DNA of 50,494 nt from Candidatus Eiseniibacteriota bacterium (GTDB taxonomy: Bacteria > Eisenbacteria > RBG-16-71-46). The position numbers and the translations under genes are program-made. Below, piece after piece: positions 1-12,777 of this stretch. Position 1 is the stretch's first letter. Every line of letters starts with the position of its first letter. The notes beneath the pieces are model-generated. The model ran no database searches. It saw nothing but the letters and a program-made list of their open reading frames with translations, and had not been told where the DNA came from. The DNA lies in contig JANLWX010000058.1 in the NCBI GenBank assembly GCA_031364845.1, positions 1 to 50,494 of the forward strand, read 5' to 3'.

Positions 1-248
1 GAACCCCTTCGCTACGCTTCTGAATTCGCCAGCGCCCCGGGACGAACCCCATCGCGGGGACCTGCTCCAAACCCCCGCATCCGCCCGACCTCCCAACCGG
101 ATCGTGGCAATTTGCACGCCCCGGCCCCCGGCGCCGCGTTCCGCAATCTCGACCCCGAGGTCAGCAAACGGCTCAGATTCGGGAGACCGATGGCCGATAA
201 CGTTGGCGGCGGGGTACTTGCTACTTGTTCGAGCGCAGAACCCCGCGG

Positions 249-1271
249 ATGTCGCCGACGTTTGATGCTTCTCATCCCATGCCGGGAGTTCCAGTCGTCG
301 TGACCACGAAACCCAGGACACGCCTCCTGATCGCCGAAGACGAGCCGCATTTGCGCGAAGTGCTGCGCTTTCAGCTCGAGAACGAAGGCTATGACGTCAG
401 CGAAGCCGCCGACGGTCAGGAAGCTCTGGAAATGGCGATGCGGCTGCAGCCCGATCTGCTGCTGCTCGACGTGATGATGCCGCAGTTCGACGGCTACGAA
501 GTCTGCCGCCGGCTACGCGCTTCGTTCATCACGCGCCACATCCCGATCATCATGCTCACGGCCAAAGCGACGGACAACGACAAGGTCGCCGGGCTCAGGG
601 GCGGCGCCAACGATTACGTCACCAAGCCGTGGCAGGCGCGCGAGCTGATGCTGCGCGTCAACAACGTGCTCGAATGGAGCCGCCAGCAGCGCTCGGCGAG
701 TCCCCTCACCGGGCTGCCCGGAAACCTGTCGATCAACGAGGAGATGAGCCGGCGCCTGGCTTCGGGCTCGCCGCTGTCGCTGATCCAGATCGACATCGAC
801 TACTTCAAGTCGTTCAACGACCACTACGGCTACGCGCGCGGTGATCAGGCGATCCAGTCGGTCGCGCGCATCCTCATCGAAGCCTCGAGCCGCTACGGCT
901 CCGATCAGAACTTCGTCGGCCACATCGGCGGTGACGACTTCGTCATCCTGACCACGCCCGACGACGCCGAGCCGCTCGCGGAGTACGTGATCGAACAGTT
1001 TGGCGAGGCCGTTCAGAATCTCTACGACCCGGAGGATCGCGAGCGCGGGCACATCGACGTGCGCAACCGCCTGCACCAGCTCGAATCCTTTCCCCTCATG
1101 AGCCTCACGCTCGCTCTGGTCAGCACCGATCGCCTTCCGGTCTCCCATCTGGCGCAGCTCATCGACATCGCCCAGGAGCTCAAGACCCACGGCAAGGGCA
1201 TCCAGGGCAGCGTGCTCGTAGGTGAGCGCCGCCGTCCGCCGTCCGCTGATACCGAGCGGAATGTGGCGTGA
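249..1271 (+). CDS. Response regulator diguanylate cyclase (REC-GGDEF)
   Basis: Receiver motifs AEDE, LLDVMMP, LTAK, KPW. GGDEF domain with SPLTGLPGN, DIDYFKSFNDHYG and HIGGDDF. ATG at 249 preferred over TTG at 225. Confidence 0.92.
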   Translation: MSPTFDASHPMPGVPVVVTTKPRTRLLIAEDEPHLREVLRFQLENEGYDVSEAADGQEALEMAMRLQPDLLLLDVMMPQFDGYEVCRRLRASFITRHIPIIMLTAKATDNDKVAGLRGGANDYVTKPWQARELMLRVNNVLEWSRQQRSASPLTGLPGNLSINEEMSRRLASGSPLSLIQIDIDYFKSFNDHYGYARGDQAIQSVARILIEASSRYGSDQNFVGHIGGDDFVILTTPDDAEPLAEYVIEQFGEAVQNLYDPEDRERGHIDVRNRLHQLESFPLMSLTLALVSTDRLPVSHLAQLIDIAQELKTHGKGIQGSVLVGERRRPPSADTERNVA

Positions 1272-1286
1272 CGAGGGGGAGCCCGC

Positions 1287-4040
<2,754 letters not shown>

Positions 4041-4046
4041 GCGAAC

Positions 4047-4442
4047 ATGGCGAAGGGGAAGATTCTCGTCGTGGATGACGAGGTCTACATCGTCCACATC
4101 CTGGACTTCAGTCTGGGCATGGAAGGATACGAGGTCGTGACGGCACTCGATGGCGAACAGGCGATCGAGAAGGCCAACGCGGAGCACCCCGATCTGATCG
4201 TGCTGGACATCATGATGCCCAAGCTGGACGGCTACGAGACGTGCAAACGCCTCAAGGCCGACGAAGCCACGCGCAACATCCCGGTCATTCTATTGTCGGC
4301 GAAGGGCCGCAACATCGATCAGAAGATCGGCTTCGAAGTCGGAGCCGACGACTACATCACCAAGCCATTCAGCCCCCGCAAGCTGGTCGAGCGCATCAAC
4401 GCGATTCTCGGCCAGGCGAACGCTCAGCGCATGCAGGCCTGA
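4047..4442 (+). CDS. Single-domain response regulator
   Basis: ILVVDDE, LDIMMPKLDG, LSAK, KPFSP. 131 aa with no output domain. GAGGGG RBS upstream. Confidence 0.93.
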   Translation: MAKGKILVVDDEVYIVHILDFSLGMEGYEVVTALDGEQAIEKANAEHPDLIVLDIMMPKLDGYETCKRLKADEATRNIPVILLSAKGRNIDQKIGFEVGADDYITKPFSPRKLVERINAILGQANAQRMQA

Positions 4443-4506
4443 TTCCCCGCCGGCGTCCCTTCCTTGCTTCGCCGGACGGGGCCGGGCTGCGGTATGCTCC
4501 GCGCCC

Positions 4507-6630
4507 ATGCCCGTCGCCCACGTCGCGCTCCCGCTGCCGGTGCGACAGACCTTCGCCTATTGCATCCCCGATGCTCTCGCCGCCCGCGTGCGGCCGGGTG
4601 CCCAGGTGCAGGTCCCGTTCCGCGGCCGTCCCCGCCGCGGCATCGTCGTCTCGATCGACGACCACGCTCCCGAAGGCCACGACGTCCGCGATGTGACCGC
4701 GGTCCTCGAAGACGCCTCGCTCTCGCCGCATCTGCTCGCGCTCGGGCGCTGGATCTCCGCCTACTACCTCGCGCCGATCGGTGAAGTGCTGGTCGCCGGG
4801 CTCCCGGGCGGATACGAAGGCTTCGCGAACAGCCGCGCGCGCCGCAACGCGATCGAGGATCGCGAGCTGCATCTGCCGCTCGCCGAGCGCGTGACGCTCA
4901 CCGGCGGGCAGGTCGATTCGATGGCGGCGGTGGACGAGGCGATCGCGCGCGGAGGATTCGCGCCGATCCTGCTGCACGGCGTGACGGCGAGTGGTAAGAC
5001 CGAGATCTATCTGCGCGCCGCGCAGGCGGTGCGCTCTCAAGGACGCCAGACGCTGGTGCTGGTGCCCGAGATCGCGCTCAGCTCGCAGGTGGTCGCCGAG
5101 TTTCGCCGGCGCTTCGGAAGCCGCGTCGGACTGCTCCACAGCTCGCTCGGCGTGGGTGAGCGCCGCCGCAACTGGGAGCTCGCGAACCGCGGCGCGCTCG
5201 ATGCGGTCGTGGGCGCGCGCTCGGCGGTGTTCGCGCCGCTCGCGAAGCTCGGACTGATCGTGGTCGACGAAGAGCACGAGCCCGCCTACAAGCAGAGCGA
5301 GCGCCTGCGCTATCACGGCCGCGATGTCGCGGTGCGGCGCGCGCAGATGCTCGGCATCCCGATTCTGCTCGGCTCGGCGACGCCGAGTCTCGAGTCGCTC
5401 GCCAACGCCGCGCGGGGCAAGTACCGGCACGTGCGTCTCGCCGAGCGCGTCGACGGCCGCGCGATGCCGCAGGTGCGGGTCGTGGATCTCAGGCGCGAGG
5501 CATCGGGTGCGGGGCTCCTGACGCCGACGCTGCGCGCGGCGATCGGCGAGCGCCTCGCGCGCCGCGAGCAGACGATGCTGTTCCTGAACCGCCGCGGGCA
5601 TTCCCACCACTCGCAGTGCCGCGGGTGCGGTCATGTTCCCGAATGCCCGCACTGCGACATCGCGCTCACGCTGCATCTGCAGCCGCGCTCGTGGCGTTGC
5701 CACTATTGCGATCACGCCGAGGCGGCGAGTGCGCAGTGTCCCAAGTGCCACGCGGCGATGTTTCGCTACTCGGGCAGCGGCACGCAGCGCGCGGAGAAGG
5801 AACTGGCGGCCGCGTTTCCCGAAGCGCGCATCGTGCGGCTCGACACCGACGTGACGCGCGATGGCGCGAAAGCCACCGAGGTCGTGGCCGCATTCCGCCG
5901 CGGCGACGCCGACATTCTTGTGGGCACGCAGATGATCGCCAAGGGTTTCGACTTTCCGAACGTGACGCTGGTCGGTGTGCTGGATGCCGACGTCGGACTC
6001 CATCTGCCGGACTTCCGTTCGGCGGAGCGCACGTATCAGCTGCTGGTTCAGGTGTCCGGACGCTCGGGCCGCGGGCGGACGGCGGGCGAGGTCTACGTTC
6101 AGACCTGCACGCCGGAACATCCGGCGGTCGCCGCAGCGGTGCTGCAGGATGAGCGGGCGTTTCTCGATCACGAGCTCGGGCAGCGTCGCGACGCGCGCTA
6201 TCCGCCGTTCGTGCGGCTCGCCGCGCTCTCGTTTGCGGGCAAGGAGGAGTCGGCGGTCGAGGCGGCAGCGACCGAAGTTGCCGCATTCTTGCGGAGCGCC
6301 GCGGAGTCGCTCGAGGTCGCCGAAGTCGCGACGGCGCGCGCGGCGGAGACGGAGCGCTCCTCCGAGTCCGCCATGGCGCCGGCACCGGCACCGGCAGCCT
6401 CTCCCGCCGAGGACGCCGAAGACGATGCTCCGATCCTCTCCGTACTCGGACCGGCGCCCCACGCCATGGCCAAGCTGCGCGGGCAGTTCCGCTGGCACAT
6501 CATGCTCAAAGGGACGAACACCGGCGCTCTGCGGGCGGCCGCCACCCGGGCGCTGGAACACTATGAAGCAACCGCCGGCAAGCGCGGGGTCCGGATGGTG
6601 ATCGACATCGATCCGGTCGACGTGCTGTGA
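4507..6630 (+). CDS. priA: Primosomal protein N' (replication restart helicase)
   Basis: N-terminal 3'-binding domain (VPFRGR), GVTASGKTEIY, DEEHE, SATPS, four CxxC pairs, GTQMIAKGFDFP, QVSGRSGR, C-terminal DIDPVD. Confidence 0.96.
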   Translation: MPVAHVALPLPVRQTFAYCIPDALAARVRPGAQVQVPFRGRPRRGIVVSIDDHAPEGHDVRDVTAVLEDASLSPHLLALGRWISAYYLAPIGEVLVAGLPGGYEGFANSRARRNAIEDRELHLPLAERVTLTGGQVDSMAAVDEAIARGGFAPILLHGVTASGKTEIYLRAAQAVRSQGRQTLVLVPEIALSSQVVAEFRRRFGSRVGLLHSSLGVGERRRNWELANRGALDAVVGARSAVFAPLAKLGLIVVDEEHEPAYKQSERLRYHGRDVAVRRAQMLGIPILLGSATPSLESLANAARGKYRHVRLAERVDGRAMPQVRVVDLRREASGAGLLTPTLRAAIGERLARREQTMLFLNRRGHSHHSQCRGCGHVPECPHCDIALTLHLQPRSWRCHYCDHAEAASAQCPKCHAAMFRYSGSGTQRAEKELAAAFPEARIVRLDTDVTRDGAKATEVVAAFRRGDADILVGTQMIAKGFDFPNVTLVGVLDADVGLHLPDFRSAERTYQLLVQVSGRSGRGRTAGEVYVQTCTPEHPAVAAAVLQDERAFLDHELGQRRDARYPPFVRLAALSFAGKEESAVEAAATEVAAFLRSAAESLEVAEVATARAAETERSSESAMAPAPAPAASPAEDAEDDAPILSVLGPAPHAMAKLRGQFRWHIMLKGTNTGALRAAATRALEHYEATAGKRGVRMVIDIDPVDVL

Positions 6631-6828
6631 CGGACCGCCACACTTCCCGAGGCGCGATCGCCGCTCCTCGGGGCTCAACCGGCCGGTTGCGAGCGTGGGA
6701 TCTTAGAGCGGGCCGGTTCCGGCGGAATATTTTCCCCGCGCCCGCGTAAGCTTCGATGCCCGTGATGCGGCGGAAACGGGTGCCATTCGTCAGGCCGAGG
6801 TCACGAATTCGGCTCACAGGACCAAGGC

Positions 6829-6858
6829 TTGACGCCTCTTCGACGAGCGGCCTACAGT
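6829..6858 (+). promoter_or_regulatory. Putative sigma70 promoter for the HD hydrolase gene
   Basis: TTGACG-N18-TACAGT, about 80 nt upstream of ATG 6938. Confidence 0.5.
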
Positions 6859-6937
6859 TCCACCGCCCGATCCCGGCGACGATCTTCGCGCCTCGAAGTT
6901 CTGGCACTCTTCCCGCTAATACCGAAAGAACCCGACC

Positions 6938-7663
6938 ATGGCCCAACGGATTGCAGTTGTTCGCCCCACGCCGATCGAGGCACCGCTCGCGGACGGTTCC
7001 CGGCTCGTCACGTTCGACGAAGTTCGGGAGAATCCGCGAGTGAAAGTCTACGTTCGCAAGGCGGACGAGGCGCTGGCCGAGATCGGGTACACCGAGCACG
7101 GCGAGCGGCACGTCGGCCTGGTGGCGAATATCGCACGCAACATCCTGAAGCGCCTGGGTTACAGCGAGCGCGAGGCGGAGCTGGCGGCGATCGCCGGATA
7201 TCTGCACGACGTCGGCAACGGCGTGAACCGCGAGCAGCACGCCCAGACGGGTGCGGTGATGGCGATGACGCTGCTCGAGAAGATGGGAATGCCCGACATC
7301 GAGATCATCAAGGTGATCGGGGCGATCGGAAATCACCACGAGAACGACGGGGAATCGGTGAACGCGGTCGCCGCAGCGCTGATCCTCGCCGACAAGAGCG
7401 ACGTGCATCGCACCCGGGTGCGCAACCCGGACATGATCAAGTTCGACATTCACGACCGGGTCAACTACGCGGTGGAGAAGAGCTTCCTCAACGTGAACGA
7501 AGCGGACAAGCAGATCACTCTGGAACTCACGGTGGATACCGCCATCTCACAGGTCATGGAGTACTTCGAGATCTTCATGACGCGCATGCTCGCGTCCCGC
7601 AAGGCCGCGAAGTTTCTGGGCACGACGTTCGGGCTCACGGTCAATGGAAACCGTCTGACCTGA
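6938..7663 (+). CDS. HD-superfamily metal-dependent phosphohydrolase
   Basis: TEHGERH, LHDVGN, GNHHE, ILADKSD motifs. Confidence 0.85.
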   Translation: MAQRIAVVRPTPIEAPLADGSRLVTFDEVRENPRVKVYVRKADEALAEIGYTEHGERHVGLVANIARNILKRLGYSEREAELAAIAGYLHDVGNGVNREQHAQTGAVMAMTLLEKMGMPDIEIIKVIGAIGNHHENDGESVNAVAAALILADKSDVHRTRVRNPDMIKFDIHDRVNYAVEKSFLNVNEADKQITLELTVDTAISQVMEYFEIFMTRMLASRKAAKFLGTTFGLTVNGNRLT

Positions 7664-7742
7664 GCCGGCGCGACCTCCGGCGTTCAACGCGAACGCGCGG
7701 CGAAATCGTCACCTCGATCACTCGATACGAAGGAGGAGTTCC

Positions 7743-9182
7743 GTGAAACAAACCGCGATCGCCACCATTCTCGGCGTGGCGCTGAGCACCGTGGCCGTCG
7801 TTGGCGCCGCGCACGCGCGCAATCCTCACTGCGCCGGCGGCATTCAGTACGTCGTGCAGGGCATGAGCGACAAGGCGAAAGGCAACTTCGAGGACTATCA
7901 GCGCCAGATGATGAAGGCGGTCCAGCAGCTCGAAATGTGCGCCGGCGAGGACGCCGTCGACTACGAGGCGATGGGCTATCTGGGCTGGGCTTACGCCGAA
8001 ATGGACAGTGCGCGTCAGGCGGGCGAGGCATTCAAGAAGGCGATCGACGGGCTCGCGACCAAGGATCCGAAGAAGAAGGACTGGGCGCAGAACAACCGCG
8101 ACTCGTACTGGGCGACCGCGTTCAACGGCGGCATCACGAAGATCAACGAAGCGCAGACGGTCTATCCGGAATTCACGAAGGCCGCCGAGAACGACGCCGA
8201 CAAGGCGAAGCGGGAAGACGCGCGCAAGAAGTATCTCGAAGCCGCGGCCAGCCTGACGCGGGCTTCGCACCTCAAACCCGGCGATGCCGGCACGCAGCGC
8301 AATCTCGGTTCGGTGTACGCGTTCATGGGCGAGTTGGAGACCGCCGAGGCGATCTTCAAGAAGGGCCTCGAGTCGGCGCCGGGCGACACCAACCTGATCA
8401 AGTCCATGATTGCGGTGCGCACGGCGCGCGCGAACCGCCTGCTCGACGAAAAGAAGTACGACGAGGCGATCGCCTACTACCAGGACCTGATGAAGTCCGA
8501 CGCCTCGAATTCCGACCTGCACCTGGGCATTGCCGAGGCGTACTTCAAGAAGGCGCAGGCCAAGGAAGGCGATGCTCGCAAGCCGGACTACAAGCTGGCG
8601 GGCGATGCCTACGCCAAAGCCGGAGAGCTCAAGCCGGGCAACGCGGACCTGCCATTCAACGCGGCACTCGCGTATCAGAATGCCGGCGAGCACGCGCTGG
8701 CGGCCGGGCAGTGGAAGGCGACACTCGCAGCGCGCCCCGAGGACACCGACGCGATGACGGCGTATGCCTCGACGCTCGCCGAACTGAAGAAGTTCGACGA
8801 GGCGATCGCGATGGTGATCCGCGCTCTGAACATCGATGCCAAGAACAAAAGCTTCCATCGCCAGCTCGGCGCGGTCTACGCCAAGGGCGGCAACACCGCG
8901 AAGGGCACCGAAGAGTTCATGGTCTACCTCGCGCTCGACAAGGGCACTGCGGCCGCCGATGCCGCCGCGCATGTGAAGCAGGTGATGGCCGGGAGCGCCG
9001 CGTCCAAGGTGCTGGCGAGCCAGGGTGTTCCTGACCAGGTGACGGACTGGGAGGCGGACGGTCAGAAGTACGAGACCTGGTTCTACTGGACCAAGAAGAC
9101 CGCCTATCACTTCGATCCCAAGGGTGTGCAGCTCCAGAAGTCCGATTGGAGTGCCGCCGCTTCGGCGGTCGGCAAGAAGTGA
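7743..9182 (+). CDS. Exported tetratricopeptide-repeat protein
   Basis: AAGGAG RBS with GTG start. Signal peptide ending AHA. Repeated TPR patterns (LGWAY, LGSVY, LGIAEAY, YDEAIAYY, LGAVY). C-terminal GVPDQV..ETWFYW domain. Confidence 0.82.
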   Translation: MKQTAIATILGVALSTVAVVGAAHARNPHCAGGIQYVVQGMSDKAKGNFEDYQRQMMKAVQQLEMCAGEDAVDYEAMGYLGWAYAEMDSARQAGEAFKKAIDGLATKDPKKKDWAQNNRDSYWATAFNGGITKINEAQTVYPEFTKAAENDADKAKREDARKKYLEAAASLTRASHLKPGDAGTQRNLGSVYAFMGELETAEAIFKKGLESAPGDTNLIKSMIAVRTARANRLLDEKKYDEAIAYYQDLMKSDASNSDLHLGIAEAYFKKAQAKEGDARKPDYKLAGDAYAKAGELKPGNADLPFNAALAYQNAGEHALAAGQWKATLAARPEDTDAMTAYASTLAELKKFDEAIAMVIRALNIDAKNKSFHRQLGAVYAKGGNTAKGTEEFMVYLALDKGTAAADAAAHVKQVMAGSAASKVLASQGVPDQVTDWEADGQKYETWFYWTKKTAYHFDPKGVQLQKSDWSAAASAVGKK

Positions 9183-9300
9183 CGTCACGGCGCGGCGCCT
9201 CCCGGTGCCGCGCCTTTCGATCGCGCTGCGAAAGGCCGCCGTCCCCGATGAGCTTTCACTCGCGACGCGACTTCGAACGCTTCACCCCACAGATGACCCG

Positions 9301-10248
9301 ATGAGCGACGTGCTAGGCGGCGCGACTGTGGCGATGATCGGCTACGGCAATCAGGGCGCTCCGCAGGCGCGGGCATTGCGCGCGAGCGGGCTGGTCGTGC
9401 GGATCGGATTGCGACCGGGCGGTGCTTCGGCTGAGCGCGCCGCCGCCGCGGGTTTCGCGGTCGCCTCGCCGGCGGAAGCAGTGTCCGGGGCGAACGTGGT
9501 CGCGGTTCTGATCCCCGACGATGCGGTGCCGTCCGCGTGGAGCGAGATCACGGAGGCGCTCACTCCGGGTGCAGCCATCGTGTTCGCTCACGGATTCAAC
9601 CTGCTCTATTCCGATCTACAGAAGCCGCCGGGGGCCGACATCGTGCTCGTCTCACCGGCCGGGCCCGGCCGGCTCCTCGAGCGCGACCTCTCTCGCCCTC
9701 CGCTCGCGGCATATCTCGCCGTGCACAAGGACTCGACCGGACGCGCATGGGCGATCGCCGAGGCGTACGCCCGCCGGCTGGGGCTCGATCCGCTATGGCG
9801 CACCACCGTGAAGGAAGAGACTGAGGTCGACCTGTTCGGAGAGCAGACGGTGCTGTGCGGGGGAATGAACGCGCTCGTGCAGACCGCGTTCGAGGTGCTG
9901 GTCGCGCGCGGGTACGCGCCCGAAATCGCCTATCTCGAGTGCGTGCACCAGCTGAAACACCTCGCGGACCTGCTCCATGAGCGTGGCGTGGCGGGGCTGC
10001 GGCGCTCGATCAGCGGCACCGCGCTCTACGGCGATGTGACTCGCGGACCCCGTGTGATCGGCCCTGCCGCCCGCCAGGCGATGGAGACGATCCTCACCGA
10101 AATCCGCTCGGGCGCGTTTGCGGCCGAACTGAAGGCCGAGATCGAAGCCGGAGGAACCCGGGTCGTTCGGGCGCTCGAAGAGGGGGATGCCCACCCGATG
10201 GAAGCGACCCGGCAGCGGATCCTCGGGACCGGCGAATCCGGGGTCTGA
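9301..10248 (+). CDS. ilvC: Ketol-acid reductoisomerase homologue (class I, divergent active site)
   Basis: IGYGNQG Rossmann motif, FAHGFN, ETEVDLFGEQTVLCGG, AYLECVH. ATG at 9301. Confidence 0.8.
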   Translation: MSDVLGGATVAMIGYGNQGAPQARALRASGLVVRIGLRPGGASAERAAAAGFAVASPAEAVSGANVVAVLIPDDAVPSAWSEITEALTPGAAIVFAHGFNLLYSDLQKPPGADIVLVSPAGPGRLLERDLSRPPLAAYLAVHKDSTGRAWAIAEAYARRLGLDPLWRTTVKEETEVDLFGEQTVLCGGMNALVQTAFEVLVARGYAPEIAYLECVHQLKHLADLLHERGVAGLRRSISGTALYGDVTRGPRVIGPAARQAMETILTEIRSGAFAAELKAEIEAGGTRVVRALEEGDAHPMEATRQRILGTGESGV

Positions 10249-10329
10249 CCGGCTTCCTTAGCCCCGGCCTCTGAGGCGGCGCCCGATCCGGGCGAGCCCG
10301 AATCGCGCAACGCCTTGTGCAAAAACTGA

Positions 10330-10359
10330 TTGACAGATTTTTAGATCGCTTGTTAGCTT
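10330..10359 (+). promoter_or_regulatory. Putative sigma70 promoter for the HU/IHF gene
   Basis: TTGACA-N18-TAGCTT with extended -10 TG and an A-tract upstream, in an AT-rich intergenic patch. Confidence 0.65.
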
Positions 10360-10423
10360 GCTCATGCCTCGCGGTGAGGCGAATCAGGGGGCACTGTCTG
10401 GCTCCCCAGGGCGCGGAGGCGTG

Positions 10424-10702
10424 ATGACCAAGGCGGATATCGTCGACCAGATTGCCGAGAGGACTGGCCTGACCAAGAAGGACGTCGCCGAAACGGTCGA
10501 TTCCTTCCTCAACGCGGTGGCAAAAGCCCTCGCAAACGGCCACCACATTGAAATTCGCGGGTTTGGAACGTTCCGCGTCAAGGATCGCAAGTCACGTATC
10601 GCTCGCAATCCGCGCACTGGCGAAGCGGTTCCCGTGCCCCCGCGCAAGGTTCCGGTGTTCAAGGTGTCCAAGGAACTGAAGGACATGGTTTCACAGGGCT
10701 GA
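10424..10702 (+). CDS. HU/IHF family DNA-binding protein
   Basis: [44 protein letters not shown] versus IHF-beta not resolved. Confidence 0.95.
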   Translation: MTKADIVDQIAERTGLTKKDVAETVDSFLNAVAKALANGHHIEIRGFGTFRVKDRKSRIARNPRTGEAVPVPPRKVPVFKVSKELKDMVSQG

Positions 10703-10725
10703 ACAGGTCGTACAAAACGCGAGGG

Positions 10726-10756
10726 GGTGGGCATCCGGTGCCCACCGTTTGTGTTT
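10726..10756 (+). terminator. Intrinsic terminator between convergent genes
   Basis: GGTGGGCA-tccgg-TGCCCACC stem followed by GTTTGTGTTT. Confidence 0.7.
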
Positions 10757-10762
10757 CCGAGG

Positions 10763-11458
10763 CTAATTGCGGCTGTTGCGGATCAACACCAACCGCAGCA
10801 ACTGAAGTGCCGCCATCGCCGCCGCCGCCACGTAGGTGAGTGCTGCGGCATCGAGCACCTTCTTCGCGCCGTCGATCTCCTGCGGTGCGATCGCACCCGA
10901 GCTCGTGAGCTGAGCGAGCGCGCGCTTCGAGGCGTCGAACTCGACCGGCAGCGTCACCACCTGGAACAGCACCGCACCCGTGAACAGCAGGATGCCGAGG
11001 TCCATGAACATCCGCGACATGCTCCCGCCGAAGAAGATCCCGATGAAGAACAGCGGAAACGCGAGCATGCTGCCGAAGCCCGCAACCGGGGCGAGCGTCG
11101 AGCGGATCTGAAGCGGCACATAGCCCTGAGCGTGCTGGAGCACGTGTCCGACTTCGTGCGCGCCAACCGCGATCCCGGCGATCGACGAGTCGCGAAAGTT
11201 GTGCGTCGACAGGCGCACTGCCTTGGCGCGCGGGTCGTAGTGGTCGCTGAGCACGCCGCCGACTTCCTCGATCGTGACGTCGTTCACGCCGTTGCGTTTC
11301 ATGATGCTCATCGCCATCTGTGCGCCGGTGAGTCCGTTCGCCGCGGGCACCTTGGCGTACTTCTGGTAGGTGTTCTGAACCTTCCACTGCGCCCACAGCG
11401 CGAAGATCAACGCGGGAAGGACCAGCAGCATGGTGGGGTCGAAAAGTCCGAGAGGCAT
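10763..11458 (-). CDS. Membrane neutral zinc metallopeptidase (YugP-like)
   Basis: LSDHYDP, AHEVGH (HExxH), [20 protein letters not shown] and TM segments. Confidence 0.92.
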   Translation of the reverse strand: MPLGLFDPTMLLVLPALIFALWAQWKVQNTYQKYAKVPAANGLTGAQMAMSIMKRNGVNDVTIEEVGGVLSDHYDPRAKAVRLSTHNFRDSSIAGIAVGAHEVGHVLQHAQGYVPLQIRSTLAPVAGFGSMLAFPLFFIGIFFGGSMSRMFMDLGILLFTGAVLFQVVTLPVEFDASKRALAQLTSSGAIAPQEIDGAKKVLDAAALTYVAAAAMAALQLLRLVLIRNSRN

Positions 11459-11700
11459 GATGTTCGTTCTCCTTTAGCCCGCGAGCCGGGGTCGGCGTGC
11501 TGCCGTCTGGCAGCGCCGCGTCGGCCGGCTCGAGCGATTGCCCACGTTGGATGGACTTCGCCCGAGTTTGTTTCGGAAATCGACCCTGACCTCCGATTCT
11601 CCGTTCCCGCCGGGGCGGCTCGGCTCGCCGCGTCCTGTACACTGTTCGCACCGGCAACAGTGCGTTGTCAAGGTCCAGCAAGGCTTCGGAGATGGCAACG

Positions 11701-12753
11701 ATGAGCGGTGAAGTGGACCTGCGAAGCGACACGGTCACGCGGCCGACGCCCGCCATGCGGCGGGCGATGGCTGAGGCGGTCGTGGGCGACGATGTGTTCG
11801 GCGACGATCCGACCGTTCTGGAGCTCCAGCGGCGCATGGCGCAGCTCACCGGCAAGGCCGCGTCACTGTTCGTGCCCAGCGGCACGATGGGCAATCAGCT
11901 CGCCGTGGCCTGCCACACGTCACCGGGTGACGAAGTGTTGCTGGACGCCCAGTCGCACGTGTTCCTCTACGAGCAGGCAGGTATCGCCACGCTCTCGGGA
12001 TGCCTCGCGCATCCGTTGGCGAGTACCCGTGGCGTGCTCGACCCCGCGTTCGTGATGTGCGCGGTGCGCGATCCCGACATCCACGTCGCGCGCGTCACGC
12101 TGCTGTGTCTCGAGAACACGCACAACGGCCACGGCGGTGCGATCGTGCCGCTCGAGGCGCTGCGCGAGGTGGCGAACGCGGCGCATGCGCACGGCATGCG
12201 CGTGCATCTCGACGGGGCGCGACTGTGGAATGCGCAGGTCGCCACGGGTGTGCCGGTGAGTGCCTGGGCGGCGCCGGTCGACTCGGTGATGATGTGCTTC
12301 TCCAAGGGGCTCGGCGCTCCAATTGGTTCGATTCTCGCAGGCAGCGCCGAGGTCGTGCTGCACGCCCGCCGCCTGCGCAAGCGCTGGGGCGGTGGCATGC
12401 GGCAGGTCGGCATCCTCGCCGCGGCGTGCCTGCATGCGATCGATCATCACGTGGAGCGCATGTCCGAGGATCATCGACGCGCGCGGCGGCTCGCCGATGG
12501 CCTGCGCGATCTGTCGGGCGTTCAGGTCAACGTGCCCGACACCAACACCGTGCTCCTGCGGCTCGAGCATCCGTCGCTCGATCGGGACGAACTCGTGCAC
12601 GCGCTCGAAGCTCGCGGGGTGCGGTTGGTGTCGTTCGGCCACCGACAGCTGCGCGCGATCACGCATCTCGATGTCGACGATGCCGGGATCGAGCGCGCGA
12701 TCGAAGTGGTGCGGGAGACTTTCGCAGAGCGGCTCGCGGCTGGAGCACGCTGA
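11701..12753 (+). CDS. ltaE: Low-specificity L-threonine aldolase (PLP)
   Basis: [46 protein letters not shown]. Start at 11701 or 11692. Confidence 0.93.
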   Translation: MSGEVDLRSDTVTRPTPAMRRAMAEAVVGDDVFGDDPTVLELQRRMAQLTGKAASLFVPSGTMGNQLAVACHTSPGDEVLLDAQSHVFLYEQAGIATLSGCLAHPLASTRGVLDPAFVMCAVRDPDIHVARVTLLCLENTHNGHGGAIVPLEALREVANAAHAHGMRVHLDGARLWNAQVATGVPVSAWAAPVDSVMMCFSKGLGAPIGSILAGSAEVVLHARRLRKRWGGGMRQVGILAAACLHAIDHHVERMSEDHRRARRLADGLRDLSGVQVNVPDTNTVLLRLEHPSLDRDELVHALEARGVRLVSFGHRQLRAITHLDVDDAGIERAIEVVRETFAERLAAGAR

Positions 12754-12777
12754 ATAGCTCGCGAATCGCCGTGTGCC

